Source: Prevotella sp. (GTDB taxonomy: Bacteria; Bacteroidota; Bacteroidia; Bacteroidales; Dysgonomonadaceae). Taken from it: a DNA stretch of 64,000 bases. The stretch covers positions 1 through 64,000 of the forward strand of contig JAITVV010000006.1 of the NCBI GenBank assembly GCA_031285625.1, read 5' to 3'. The notes under the pieces were generated by a model, which saw nothing but the letters and a program-made list of their open reading frames with translations, was not told the origin of the DNA and made no database searches. The position numbers were made by a program, and so were the translations under genes. Shown piece by piece: positions 46,818 through 56,417 of the stretch; position 1 is the first letter of the stretch, and every line of letters begins with the position of its first letter.

Positions 46818-47828
46818 TCAATTATGTTCTTTCAGGTATATTTGCTTTTCATCGATGCTATAATCTAATTTTCGGGTTTCTTTCAGTATATTTAAAATAT
46901 CAACTAATGAGGCATCCTTTTGTATCCGGGAATTGAAAATTGTATTTCCTAATTGTTCGCTTTGTATATCGATGTTGATATTAAATTTTCGTTCTAAAGT
47001 ATTTGCTATATTTACTAATGGCTCATCAACAAAATATAACTCTCCGGTAATCCATTGTGATAGTATCTGAGCATCAACAAATCCTTTTCTTATAAATCCT
47101 TTTTGGGATACTGCAATCTGTTGGTTGGGTCTGTCAAGCCTTACTTTGTCTTCTAATTTATCTCTGGAAACTTCAATTATACCTTCCAGTAATGTTATCG
47201 CAATTTGTTCACCTTGATAAGCTTTCACATTAAATTTTGTCCCCAGTACGGTGGTACTGATATCTCCTGATTGTACAATAAATGGAGACTCTTTATTATG
47301 TTCTACTTCAAAAAAGCCTTCGCCAATTATTTTTACGCTTCTGTTTTGGGATGAGAACCTTGACGGGTAAATAAATTTTGTATCTGCATTCAACCATACT
47401 TTGGTTCCATCCGATAGGGTTAAAGTTACAGTTTGTCCTCTTGGTACATTTATTTCGTTTACATTTATATTTGCATTGATATTGTAATATCCGCTTTCTA
47501 ATGAAGACATTTTAAATAGGTTCACGGATAAAAGTGCTATTATAAGTATTGCAGCTGCTGTTGCAGCAATCTTCCAATAAATAGGTTTTATCCTTCTTTC
47601 AGCTTGATGCTTTTGAGTTTGGTTACCTCTCTCTAAGAATGAATGATATGCCTTCTCAATCTGTTCTTTATCAGAATATTTTATTTCGGTTTTTAAACTC
47701 CATATTTCTTCCATACCGAAAAGCCACTTAGCATTTTCGTCGGATTCGGATATCCATTTGTCTATTTCCAGAAGGTCGTTGTCATCGGCTTTCTTGTTGA
47801 GGAAACGGAGTAATATATCTTCGTTCAT
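46818..47828 (-). CDS. FecR-family anti-sigma factor (PUL2)
   Basis: LSDGTKVWLNA, VLGTKFNV, LLEG, single TM. Confidence 0.92.
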   Translation of the reverse strand: MNEDILLRFLNKKADDNDLLEIDKWISESDENAKWLFGMEEIWSLKTEIKYSDKEQIEKAYHSFLERGNQTQKHQAERRIKPIYWKIAATAAAILIIALLSVNLFKMSSLESGYYNINANINVNEINVPRGQTVTLTLSDGTKVWLNADTKFIYPSRFSSQNRSVKIIGEGFFEVEHNKESPFIVQSGDISTTVLGTKFNVKAYQGEQIAITLLEGIIEVSRDKLEDKVRLDRPNQQIAVSQKGFIRKGFVDAQILSQWITGELYFVDEPLVNIANTLERKFNINIDIQSEQLGNTIFNSRIQKDASLVDILNILKETRKLDYSIDEKQIYLKEHN

Positions 47829-47852
47829 AGCATTAAATTGTCTCGTTTATAT

Positions 47853-47887
47853 ATACGACAATTCAGCCGGAAAGAACTACGTAGTCA
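47853..47887 (-). promoter_or_regulatory. Candidate ECF promoter for the fecR-susC operon (PUL2)
   Basis: TGACTACGT-N17-TTGTCGTAT; same motif at 52012-52045. Confidence 0.6.
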
Positions 47888-48496
47888 ATAATGAAAAAAA
47901 TGATCGGTGTTGTGTAAAACCAGTATTAATAATAGGGATATGAAATGAAAATCTTTTTTTAATTGCTTCAACGCTTTCTGTACATGGACTTCAACTGTAC
48001 GGTGAGAGATATTCATAACCTGCGCTATCTCTTTATAGTTGAGTTCTTCGAAGTAGCATAACATAAATGCCTCTTTACATTTTGGCGGTAATTTGTTCAG
48101 TGCACTTTGCAGCGCAGCTTGAATATCCTTGTGTTCCAGTTCCCTTAATATGTCATTCTCATCAGACATTTCATTGAGGTATTGTATCCTGGCTTCAGCA
48201 ATACGCATACGGCTTTCGTAGTTGGCTACAACTTTATTATGCTTAATATAGTTAAGACAATTGTTTTGGACACTTTTATAGAGGTAAGACAGGATATTAG
48301 ATACCTTCAGTATCTCTTTTTGTTCCCAGAGGGAGGTAAATGCTTCCTGTACCATATCTTTAGCTACATCATCATCTTCATCATCTACAAACCTGCATGC
48401 CAAGGACATCATTCTGGGATAAATCTCTTCAAAGAATTGCTGGAAGACTTCTCTGTCTCCTTCTTTAATTTTTTCTATGTTAATTAATTGCAGCAT
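47885..48496 (-). CDS. ECF sigma-70 factor (PUL2)
   Basis: AKDMVQEAF..LWE, LPPKCKEAF...LNYKEIA..MNIS.RTVE.H. Confidence 0.92.
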   Translation of the reverse strand: MLQLINIEKIKEGDREVFQQFFEEIYPRMMSLACRFVDDEDDDVAKDMVQEAFTSLWEQKEILKVSNILSYLYKSVQNNCLNYIKHNKVVANYESRMRIAEARIQYLNEMSDENDILRELEHKDIQAALQSALNKLPPKCKEAFMLCYFEELNYKEIAQVMNISHRTVEVHVQKALKQLKKDFHFISLLLILVLHNTDHFFHY

Positions 48497-48640
48497 AAAG
48501 TGAAGGTGTATTTGTCTGATCGGAATAATGACATGTTAGCTAAAGTAAATCTACATAAATATTTATTACAAAATAGTTAAACATTCGTTTTTTTGAAAAC
48601 GGTGAGCGATGTATACCGGGAAATACCTTGACAAATGTTT

Positions 48641-48677
48641 TATACAAGCCTCTCACAATACGTGAGAGGCTTGTATA
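48641..48677 (-). terminator. Terminator hairpin after GH3
   Basis: TATACAAGCCTCTCAC/GTGAGAGGCTTGTATA. Confidence 0.75.
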
Positions 48678-48687
48678 ATTCCTTGTT

Positions 48688-50916
48688 TTAATGAATTAAT
48701 TCGAATTCGCCTTCTAATCGGATATCATCCGAGGCAGAACCTATCATTACATCGAATTCTCCCGGTTCGGACTTGTATTCTAGTTTTTGATTATAAAAAC
48801 ATAGTTTATCATTCGTGATAGTAAACCTTATAACTTTACTCTCATTTGGATTCAATCTTATTTTTTTGAAATCCTTCAACTCTTTTACAGGTCTTACTAC
48901 CGAGCCAACTCTGTCTCTTAAATATAATTGTACCACTTCATCACCTGTATACTTTCCTATATTTTTGATAACAAATGAAACTTCTGTAGATTCAGTATTT
49001 TTCATTTTGCCCTTCGACAGCTTAATATCTGAATATTCAAATTCGGTATAACTGAGCCCGTGACCAAACGCAAATTTAGGGCTTGTTTTCAGGTCAATAT
49101 AAGCAGTGGTATAAAATAATGTCGAGTCTGTTGCAGCAGGATGCCCGGTATTGAAATGATTGTAATATATAGGGATTTGTCCAACTTCACGTGGAAAAGT
49201 CATTGGCAGTTTTCCCGAAGGATTTACATCTCCGAACAGTATATCGGCAATAGCATTCCCAGCTTCATTCCCAAGCCACCATGTATAAAGAATGGAAGGT
49301 ACATTATCTGCTATCCAGTTGAATACTAATGGACGCCCTGCATTTATCATCACCACTATAGGTTTACCTGTAGCTTGTATGGCTTTTACCAGTTCCTCCT
49401 GAACGCCCGGAATATGTATATCACTTCTGCTTTTAGCCTCTCCGCTCATATCCCATCTCTCACCTATACTCATTATGACTATATCTGCTTGCCTGGCTAC
49501 CGAAACAGCTTCGGCAAAGCCGTCTTTGTTATCACCATCTATATCACAGCCTTTAGCATACAAAAGTTTTGTTCCCTTACTTATCCTGTTTTGTACGCCA
49601 TCCCATTGGGAAACTATAAATTTATCATAATTCACCTCAGGTAATTCAATGGCCCAGAAACCCAGATTTGGTTTATATTCTTTTACCATCGGGCCTATGA
49701 ATGCAATGGTTTTAACATCAGGTGAAATTGGGAGCAGATTATTCTCATTTTTCAATAACACGATGCTTTTCGATGCTATCTCCCTACTGGCTTTTGTATG
49801 TTCGGGATTATTGAATGCGTCATGTTCCCTTTGTATATCGCAAAACTTATAAGGATCGTCAAATAGTCCCATTTCAAACTTCTTATACAGGATACGTCTT
49901 ACTGCATCATCGATCAGAGCAATATTCACTCTGCCTTCTTTTACCAGTTCAACTAAGTTGTTTTTGTAAGAGCGGCTTTCCATGTCCATATCACAACCGG
50001 CTGTAATAGCTGCATATGCTGCTTCTTTTCCATCCTTTACATACCCATGTTTGATCATTTGTCCTACAGAGCCCCAGTCTGATACAACAAATCCTTCGAA
50101 ATTCCATTTCCCTTTCAAGATATCCCGTTGCAGGTAGCTACTTCCTGTTGCCGGGATTCCATTCAGATCGTTAAAAGCATTCATGAATGTAGAGACACCT
50201 GCATCTACAGCTGCTTTGAACGGAGGAAGATATGTTTCCCACAGCATACGGTCACTCATATCCACAGAATTATAGTCTCTGCCTCCTTCTACCGCTCCGT
50301 AAGCTACAAAGTGTTTAGCACATGTCATCACAGCATCCGTATTACCTAGCCCATTTCCCATAAATCCTTCAACTCTGGCTTTTGCAATTAATGAACCCAG
50401 GTATGTATCTTCACCAGCGCCTTCCATCACTCTGCCCCAACGAGGATCACGGCCAATGTCTATCATAGGTGCAAATGTCCAGTGCACACCTCCTGCCGCA
50501 GCTTCTGTTGCTGCTATACGGGCACTTAGTTTCATAGCTTTCAGATCCCAACTGGCTGCTTCCCCGAGTGGTATAGGGAAAGTCGTTTTATATCCATGGA
50601 TCACATCCTGACCAAAAATTAAAGGAATTCTTAGCCGCGATTGCATTGCTATGTCCTGAAACTGGCGTACACGTTCTACGCCTATCACATTCAGCATAGA
50701 GCCGAGCTCTCCCCGCCTTATTTGTCCCTCTTTGTCTCCATCCGGAGTTACGGGGCCTGTGGCAATGCCGTCATCATTATACTGATTCAGTTGCCCTACT
50801 TTTTCTTCAAGGGTCATTTGATTCAGTAGATTTTCGACCCGTGTATCTATATTTTCTTTTTGAGCTATTACATTCAGTGTGATGAATGCAAATAGCAACA
50901 AACAATTTATTTTCAT
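48688..50916 (-). CDS. bglX: Periplasmic GH3 beta-glucosidase with Fn3 domain
   Basis: MTLEEKVGQL, DVIHG, RDPRWGR..EG.GED, KHF, VSDW (nucleophile), SGEAKSR. Confidence 0.9.
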   Translation of the reverse strand: MKINCLLLFAFITLNVIAQKENIDTRVENLLNQMTLEEKVGQLNQYNDDGIATGPVTPDGDKEGQIRRGELGSMLNVIGVERVRQFQDIAMQSRLRIPLIFGQDVIHGYKTTFPIPLGEAASWDLKAMKLSARIAATEAAAGGVHWTFAPMIDIGRDPRWGRVMEGAGEDTYLGSLIAKARVEGFMGNGLGNTDAVMTCAKHFVAYGAVEGGRDYNSVDMSDRMLWETYLPPFKAAVDAGVSTFMNAFNDLNGIPATGSSYLQRDILKGKWNFEGFVVSDWGSVGQMIKHGYVKDGKEAAYAAITAGCDMDMESRSYKNNLVELVKEGRVNIALIDDAVRRILYKKFEMGLFDDPYKFCDIQREHDAFNNPEHTKASREIASKSIVLLKNENNLLPISPDVKTIAFIGPMVKEYKPNLGFWAIELPEVNYDKFIVSQWDGVQNRISKGTKLLYAKGCDIDGDNKDGFAEAVSVARQADIVIMSIGERWDMSGEAKSRSDIHIPGVQEELVKAIQATGKPIVVMINAGRPLVFNWIADNVPSILYTWWLGNEAGNAIADILFGDVNPSGKLPMTFPREVGQIPIYYNHFNTGHPAATDSTLFYTTAYIDLKTSPKFAFGHGLSYTEFEYSDIKLSKGKMKNTESTEVSFVIKNIGKYTGDEVVQLYLRDRVGSVVRPVKELKDFKKIRLNPNESKVIRFTITNDKLCFYNQKLEYKSEPGEFDVMIGSASDDIRLEGEFELIH

Positions 50917-51121
50917 AAGTTATGGCTATTAGTAAACTACAAAATATATAAAATGAATTATGAATGAATCAGGAATTGACTCATTTCAGGAAAGTATCGA
51001 GTAGCACAAATTTATGAAAATATTTGATAATTCAACTTTTTTGTTTCTTTTTTATGAAATTCAGAATAAGAAGTAGCAATTTGTTTATGTTGTAAGTGGT
51101 TTATTGCTATGGCCTTAAAAT

Positions 51122-51174
51122 AAAAAGGTGACAAAAGTGACACTTTTTATCTGTTTTTACACTGTTACTTTTTT
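51122..51174 (+). repeat. GTRAC dispersed repeat, copy 4
   Basis: AAAAAGGTGACAAAAGTGACA-N20-TGTTACTTTTTT. Confidence 0.75.
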
Positions 51175-51467
51175 ATTTTGATTATTTGTTTACTTACCAC
51201 CTGTTATATCAAAGATCTCTTCTATTAGATAATTTAAACTTTAAATAAATAGCTTATTATCAGCTTATATTGGTAAAATACACATTTAACACAAAAAAAT
51301 ATAACATATTGATTATAATTCTATACATTTATGGCCGAAAGCTGCTACATTTTAATTTTAAAACTAACATTTACTAAAGTTTCAAGTATAATACTATTTT
51401 GCTCTGAATGGAGTTAAAGTTAACACAGAATTAATATTCTGTTTTGTCGGATTAATCCGGTTATAGT

Positions 51468-52007
51468 ATGGAAAAACACTGGCTGCGGGCTATAGCTTGC
51501 GGAGATCAGAAAGCTTTCGATGAATTATTTATTGAATATTTTCCGAAGATCAAAAAGTTCCTTTTTGGATTTCTTGAGTCAGATGCTGAAGCTGAAGATT
51601 TGGCGCAGGATGTTTTTGTCAAATTATGGCAGAACAGATCTTTTTTGGAAAATGTAGACAATCTGAATGCCTATCTGTATCGCATGTCTAAAAATATGCT
51701 ATTCAATTATCTGAAACATCCACAAATTAAAGAGCTTACCTCTATTTCTAATTTTCTCGAAATACCTACTATGGAAAAATTGGAAGAGATAATCTTTGCA
51801 AAAGAACTGGAGGTACTTATCGATACTACGATAGACAGAATGCCCACCCAACGTAAAACAATCTTCAATTTAAGCAGAAAAGAGAAACTCACAAATACCG
51901 AAATCGCTACACGTCTCAAAATAAGTAAACGCACTGTGGAAGCCCATATTTCCGCCGCTCTTTCCGATCTGAGAAAAGTTTTATACATATTTTTTATATT
52001 TTTTTGA
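51468..52007 (+). CDS. ECF sigma-70 factor (PUL3)
   Basis: GDQKAF..LF, AEDLAQDVFVKLW, EIA.RL.ISKRTVEAH. Confidence 0.92.
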   Translation: MEKHWLRAIACGDQKAFDELFIEYFPKIKKFLFGFLESDAEAEDLAQDVFVKLWQNRSFLENVDNLNAYLYRMSKNMLFNYLKHPQIKELTSISNFLEIPTMEKLEEIIFAKELEVLIDTTIDRMPTQRKTIFNLSRKEKLTNTEIATRLKISKRTVEAHISAALSDLRKVLYIFFIFF

Positions 52008-52011
52008 AATA

Positions 52012-52045
52012 TGACTACGTGAGATAGTCTGTTTTGTTGTCATAT
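52012..52045 (+). promoter_or_regulatory. Candidate ECF promoter for the fecR-susC operon (PUL3)
   Basis: TGACTACGT-N16-TTGTCATAT. Confidence 0.6.
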
Positions 52046-52063
52046 TATTAAAGACCCTATTTT

Positions 52064-53080
52064 ATGGAACAAAACAAAGCATATCGTATTCTTCAGCATT
52101 TGATCAGTAAGATGCCTTCTTCTGAGCATAGGAATCTAATACGCCGCTGGCTTATTGGAGAAGAAAATGCTGAAGAGAAAGATAGTGCGATACAGCATAT
52201 ATGGAATAATACAAATGCAGCAGCAGATGAGTCTATATATATGTCTTTGGCTGATACCCATTCTAAAATAAAGCAGGTAAAGAAACAAAAATCCAGAAGA
52301 CGTTTTATAAAACTCTTAACCCGCTATACCGCTATTCTTATCTTACCCATCATATCCGGACTTACTGTTTGGTTTATATCAGATCAGAGGCAGGTTGATG
52401 TTGAGTTAGTTGAATGTTATGTTGCAAATGGGGAACGGAGGACAATAGAATTGCCTGATGGGTCTCAGGTACAGGTAAATTCCGGTTCATTATTCATATA
52501 CCCCAAAGAGTTTATTGGAAAAGAGCGCATTGTTTACCTGGCAGGAGAAGCTAATTTCTCGGTAGAGAGCAATCACAAGAAACCTTTTATCGTTGAGTCC
52601 AAGTCTTTACAGGTACGTGTTGTGGGTACTAAATTCAATGTAGAATCCTATCCCGAAAATGATCAAACGATCGTTACACTGGAACATGGCGCTGTAAAAG
52701 TATACAAGGATAAAAATCCTCGAAAATCCATCCTGATGAATCCAAACGAACAATTGACCTATTCTTCTATAGAGAACCGTTTTACCCTTTCTCAGGTCGA
52801 AGCTTCATCTTTTGCAACATGGACTTCAGGCGAATTATATTTTAGTAAGAAAACACTTAACCAGATACTGGAAACGCTTGAGCGTCATTATAATGTAGAT
52901 ATACACACAGATCCTCTTATAAACTATACAGACCATTATACGATGAGGATAAGGTCACATGAAACTATCGAAGATGCCCTCAATGTATTAATTCAAATTG
53001 TAGATAGTAAAAAAATAACATATAAAACAGCAGGTCAGACTATATACTTGCTCCCAAAAGGAAAGGAGGTGAGGCGATAA
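52064..53080 (+). CDS. FecR-family anti-sigma factor (PUL3)
   Basis: LPDGSQV.VNSGS, GEANF, VVGTKFNV. Confidence 0.92.
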   Translation: MEQNKAYRILQHLISKMPSSEHRNLIRRWLIGEENAEEKDSAIQHIWNNTNAAADESIYMSLADTHSKIKQVKKQKSRRRFIKLLTRYTAILILPIISGLTVWFISDQRQVDVELVECYVANGERRTIELPDGSQVQVNSGSLFIYPKEFIGKERIVYLAGEANFSVESNHKKPFIVESKSLQVRVVGTKFNVESYPENDQTIVTLEHGAVKVYKDKNPRKSILMNPNEQLTYSSIENRFTLSQVEASSFATWTSGELYFSKKTLNQILETLERHYNVDIHTDPLINYTDHYTMRIRSHETIEDALNVLIQIVDSKKITYKTAGQTIYLLPKGKEVRR

Positions 53081-53187
53081 AAAAGGATTAGGAAAGAGTC
53101 TGCTACACTATCTGCCTACATCTGAAATCATTCTGATTTATATTCAGGAAATATTCGAGTTAACTAAAAATCTATACATTAAATCTG
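53079..53187 (-). ncRNA. Possible antisense sRNA (PUL3)
   Basis: Antisense TAGCATTG (one mismatch to TAnnTTTG) at 53193-53200; imperfect hairpin 53089-53118 followed by a U-run. Confidence 0.35.
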
Positions 53188-53199
53188 ATACACAATGCT

Positions 53200-56100
53200 A
53201 TGAAAATCAATCGTATCAAAACAAAGCACGTATCAATAAAAATAGGCAGACTATTTATTCTTGCATGCTTTATCTTTGCTTCAGTCAGTATTGGAGCTCA
53301 GAATCAAACAATCAACTTGCCTACTGGTAATCTGACAATAAAAAAGATTTTCCAGGAAATTGAAAAACAAACCAATTTATCTATTGACTATAATCAAACC
53401 CGGCTGAATACCTCTCAAAGAGTGACAATTCAGACCAAGGAAAATACTCTTTCATCTCTGTTAACAGAAGTATTGAATGAGTCTGGTTTTGAATATACTA
53501 TCGAAAATGATCATATCATTATAAAACAAGAAAATGAAAGATCCGAAAGGCCTGAAAGAGCTCAACGGACATCACCAAAAAAAATTACAGGAAAAATTAC
53601 AGATGAGGCAGGAGAACCTCTTATTGGAGCAAATGTGCAGGTAAAAGGAACAACACATGGAACGCTCACAGATGAAGATGGTAATTACGAACTAGATGTG
53701 CCGCAATCCGCTACTTTACAAATATCATATATCGGTTACCTTAATCAGGATATTAATACCGGTAATAAAACCGTCTTAAATATAAAGCTTTCGGAAGATG
53801 CTCATAATCTGGATGAAGTTGTTGTCGTAGGATATGGAACAATGACCAGGAGAGAAATTACCGGATCGGTTACAAATATCACAACTAAAGATTTTAACAA
53901 AGGATTCTCTAAAGATGCTGCCGGACTGTTGCAGGGTAAAGTGGCCGGACTGGAAATTAATAATGGTTCAGGCGATGTTACATCGAATGCTTCTATAAGG
54001 CTGAGAGGGGTTTCTACATTACAGAATGACCAGGGGCCATTCATTGTGATCGATAATGTGCCGGGGGCTGATTTATCTACTGTTGCACCTCAGGATATAG
54101 AATCCATTTCTATACTGAAAGACGCTTCTTCTGCCGCTATATACGGCTCAAGATCAGCGGGTGGAGTTATCCTCATTACCACTAAAAGAGGTACTGCAAA
54201 TCAACCGAGAATAAGTTATGCAGGATCAGTTGGTATCTCTACTCTGGCTAATAAGCCTAAATTGATGAAGGCGGGTAAGTGGAGACAATATACTGCTGAA
54301 AATTATGGGGAGGATGCCAAATCTTTCGATCTGGGTGCAAATACCGATTGGTTTGATGAAATCACGCGTACCGGCTTCCAGCAGGAACACAATGTTTCAC
54401 TTTCAGGAGGAGGTACAGGGCATACCTATAGAGGTTCTGTTTCGTATATGCAAAGAGACGGATTGGCGCGCGACAATACTATGAAACGCTACAATGTACG
54501 TTTACAATTTACACAATGGGCCTTAAATAATAAATTGAAAATAGATTTGACGGGAGTTACCACATTGACGGATAATGCTCCTACTAATGGAAGGAACTTT
54601 GTATTGGCATATAATATGATCCCCGTACGTCTTGTCAGACTAGAGAATGGCGACTGGTTCGATACACGTGAGTATGATCAGGGTAATCCGGTGCGTAACC
54701 AGGATGAAAATACTTATATGAATAAAATCAATAATTTTTATGGAACCGGAAACCTTACTTTCTCTCCTATTGAAGGGCTGGACCTGAAAGCAATGTTTTC
54801 TAAGATTCGTAATAATGAGGATTATTCGGAATACAGGAGTATTGGTTCTGAAGCCGGTTATTCCGACGGAGGTTACGGACAGCGCACAGGACGTATTACT
54901 GATAAAGAATTGACTGAATGGACTGCCAATTATTCAACACAGATACAGAAACATAAAATTAATGCTTTAGTTGGTTATTCATGGGAACAAGAAGATTATT
55001 CAGCTCATACAGCTGAGCGTAGAGGCTTTATTACCGACTTATTAGGTGCTAATGATCTGGCTTCGGGACAGAACGCGCGAAATTCGGATGTAGGTTCTGA
55101 GAAAAACAGGAACAGGCTTATTTCATTTTATGGCAGATTAAATTATAGCTTCGATGAGAAATATCTTCTTACTGCCACAATCCGTCGTGACGGTTCGACC
55201 AAATTCGGGAAAAATAATAAATGGGGAACATTCCCATCTGTTTCTGCAGCATGGAATATTTCACAGGAAGAATTTATGAAAGGTGCAAGATGGCTGAATG
55301 ATCTGAAACTTCGCGTTGGTTATGGAGTTACAGGTAATCAGTCGGGACTAGATCCGTATAAGACCCTCGAACTATATGGATCCGGTGAACGGTATTATGA
55401 CAATGGATCGTGGCTATCTGCCTACAAGATACACCAGAATGCAAATCCTGACCTGAAATGGGAACAAACAGCGATGTTGAATATTGGAGTAGATTTTTCT
55501 ATGTTTTCAAACCGTTTGAGTGCCAGAGTCGAATGGTATGATAAAAAAACTTCTGATATGTTGTATAGTTATCCTGTGCCTACACCTCCTTATCTCTATC
55601 CGGAAATCATGGCTAATGTAGGAGATATGAGTAATAAAGGGATTGAAGTGACTATAAACTACAATGCCGTACGTACAAAAGATTTTGACTGGGATATTTC
55701 CCTTAATATGGCACATAACAAGAATAAAGTAACAAAGTTGTCCAATGACTTTTATACAGCCGACTATGTACTTGTCGGAGGTGCATTTATTCGTGGAGGT
55801 AGTTCTACAACTCATATTCTTGAGGTTGGGCGTCCTGTTGGACAATTTTATGGCTTGGTATGTAACGGACTTGACGAAAATGGGAAGTATATATTTGTAG
55901 ACCAGAATGATGATGGAGAAATATCAGATCCGGCCGATTTGGATTATATCGGAAGTGCACAGCCTAAACTTACTTATGGTCTTACTAATACTTTCAGGTA
56001 TAAGAATTTCGACTTATCCATATTTGTTCGTGGCTCTATAGGTAATAAAATATTGAATATGCCAAGGATGGCTTATGCTCAATCGGGTTTCTTACCGGGA

Positions 56101-56406
56101 ACAAATGCACTGGACGATCCTTTAACTTATGAACTTAAAGAAACGACCCCGCGGTATTCTTCATTCTATCTGGAAAACGGTTCATATCTACGCCTCGACA
56201 ACATGTCTTTAGGCTATAAGATTAATAAATGGCATGGTATGAGAGTCTATGTAACAGCTCAAAACCTCTTTGTTATAACCAAATACAAAGGACTGGATCC
56301 GGAAGTGCCAATCACTGATAATGACGGATTAAGTCCGGGTATCGAGCAACGTGAATTCTATCCGAAAGCCAGAACTTTCTCTATCGGTCTGAACCTTAAT
56401 TTTTAA
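53200..56406 (+). CDS. SusC-like TonB-dependent transporter with STN extension (PUL3)
   Basis: EVVVVGYG, ILKDASSAAIYGSR..GGVILITTKRG, RRDGSTKFG, C-terminal GLNLNF. Confidence 0.95.
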   Translation: MKINRIKTKHVSIKIGRLFILACFIFASVSIGAQNQTINLPTGNLTIKKIFQEIEKQTNLSIDYNQTRLNTSQRVTIQTKENTLSSLLTEVLNESGFEYTIENDHIIIKQENERSERPERAQRTSPKKITGKITDEAGEPLIGANVQVKGTTHGTLTDEDGNYELDVPQSATLQISYIGYLNQDINTGNKTVLNIKLSEDAHNLDEVVVVGYGTMTRREITGSVTNITTKDFNKGFSKDAAGLLQGKVAGLEINNGSGDVTSNASIRLRGVSTLQNDQGPFIVIDNVPGADLSTVAPQDIESISILKDASSAAIYGSRSAGGVILITTKRGTANQPRISYAGSVGISTLANKPKLMKAGKWRQYTAENYGEDAKSFDLGANTDWFDEITRTGFQQEHNVSLSGGGTGHTYRGSVSYMQRDGLARDNTMKRYNVRLQFTQWALNNKLKIDLTGVTTLTDNAPTNGRNFVLAYNMIPVRLVRLENGDWFDTREYDQGNPVRNQDENTYMNKINNFYGTGNLTFSPIEGLDLKAMFSKIRNNEDYSEYRSIGSEAGYSDGGYGQRTGRITDKELTEWTANYSTQIQKHKINALVGYSWEQEDYSAHTAERRGFITDLLGANDLASGQNARNSDVGSEKNRNRLISFYGRLNYSFDEKYLLTATIRRDGSTKFGKNNKWGTFPSVSAAWNISQEEFMKGARWLNDLKLRVGYGVTGNQSGLDPYKTLELYGSGERYYDNGSWLSAYKIHQNANPDLKWEQTAMLNIGVDFSMFSNRLSARVEWYDKKTSDMLYSYPVPTPPYLYPEIMANVGDMSNKGIEVTINYNAVRTKDFDWDISLNMAHNKNKVTKLSNDFYTADYVLVGGAFIRGGSSTTHILEVGRPVGQFYGLVCNGLDENGKYIFVDQNDDGEISDPADLDYIGSAQPKLTYGLTNTFRYKNFDLSIFVRGSIGNKILNMPRMAYAQSGFLPGTNALDDPLTYELKETTPRYSSFYLENGSYLRLDNMSLGYKINKWHGMRVYVTAQNLFVITKYKGLDPEVPITDNDGLSPGIEQREFYPKARTFSIGLNLNF

Positions 56407-56417
56407 TATCTACAGTC

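Noticed and set aside
47455-48385. Low-complexity in-frame stretches (NINANINVN in FecR2; DDEDDD in ECF2)
   Set aside because: Short in-frame microduplications with no evidence of phase variation.
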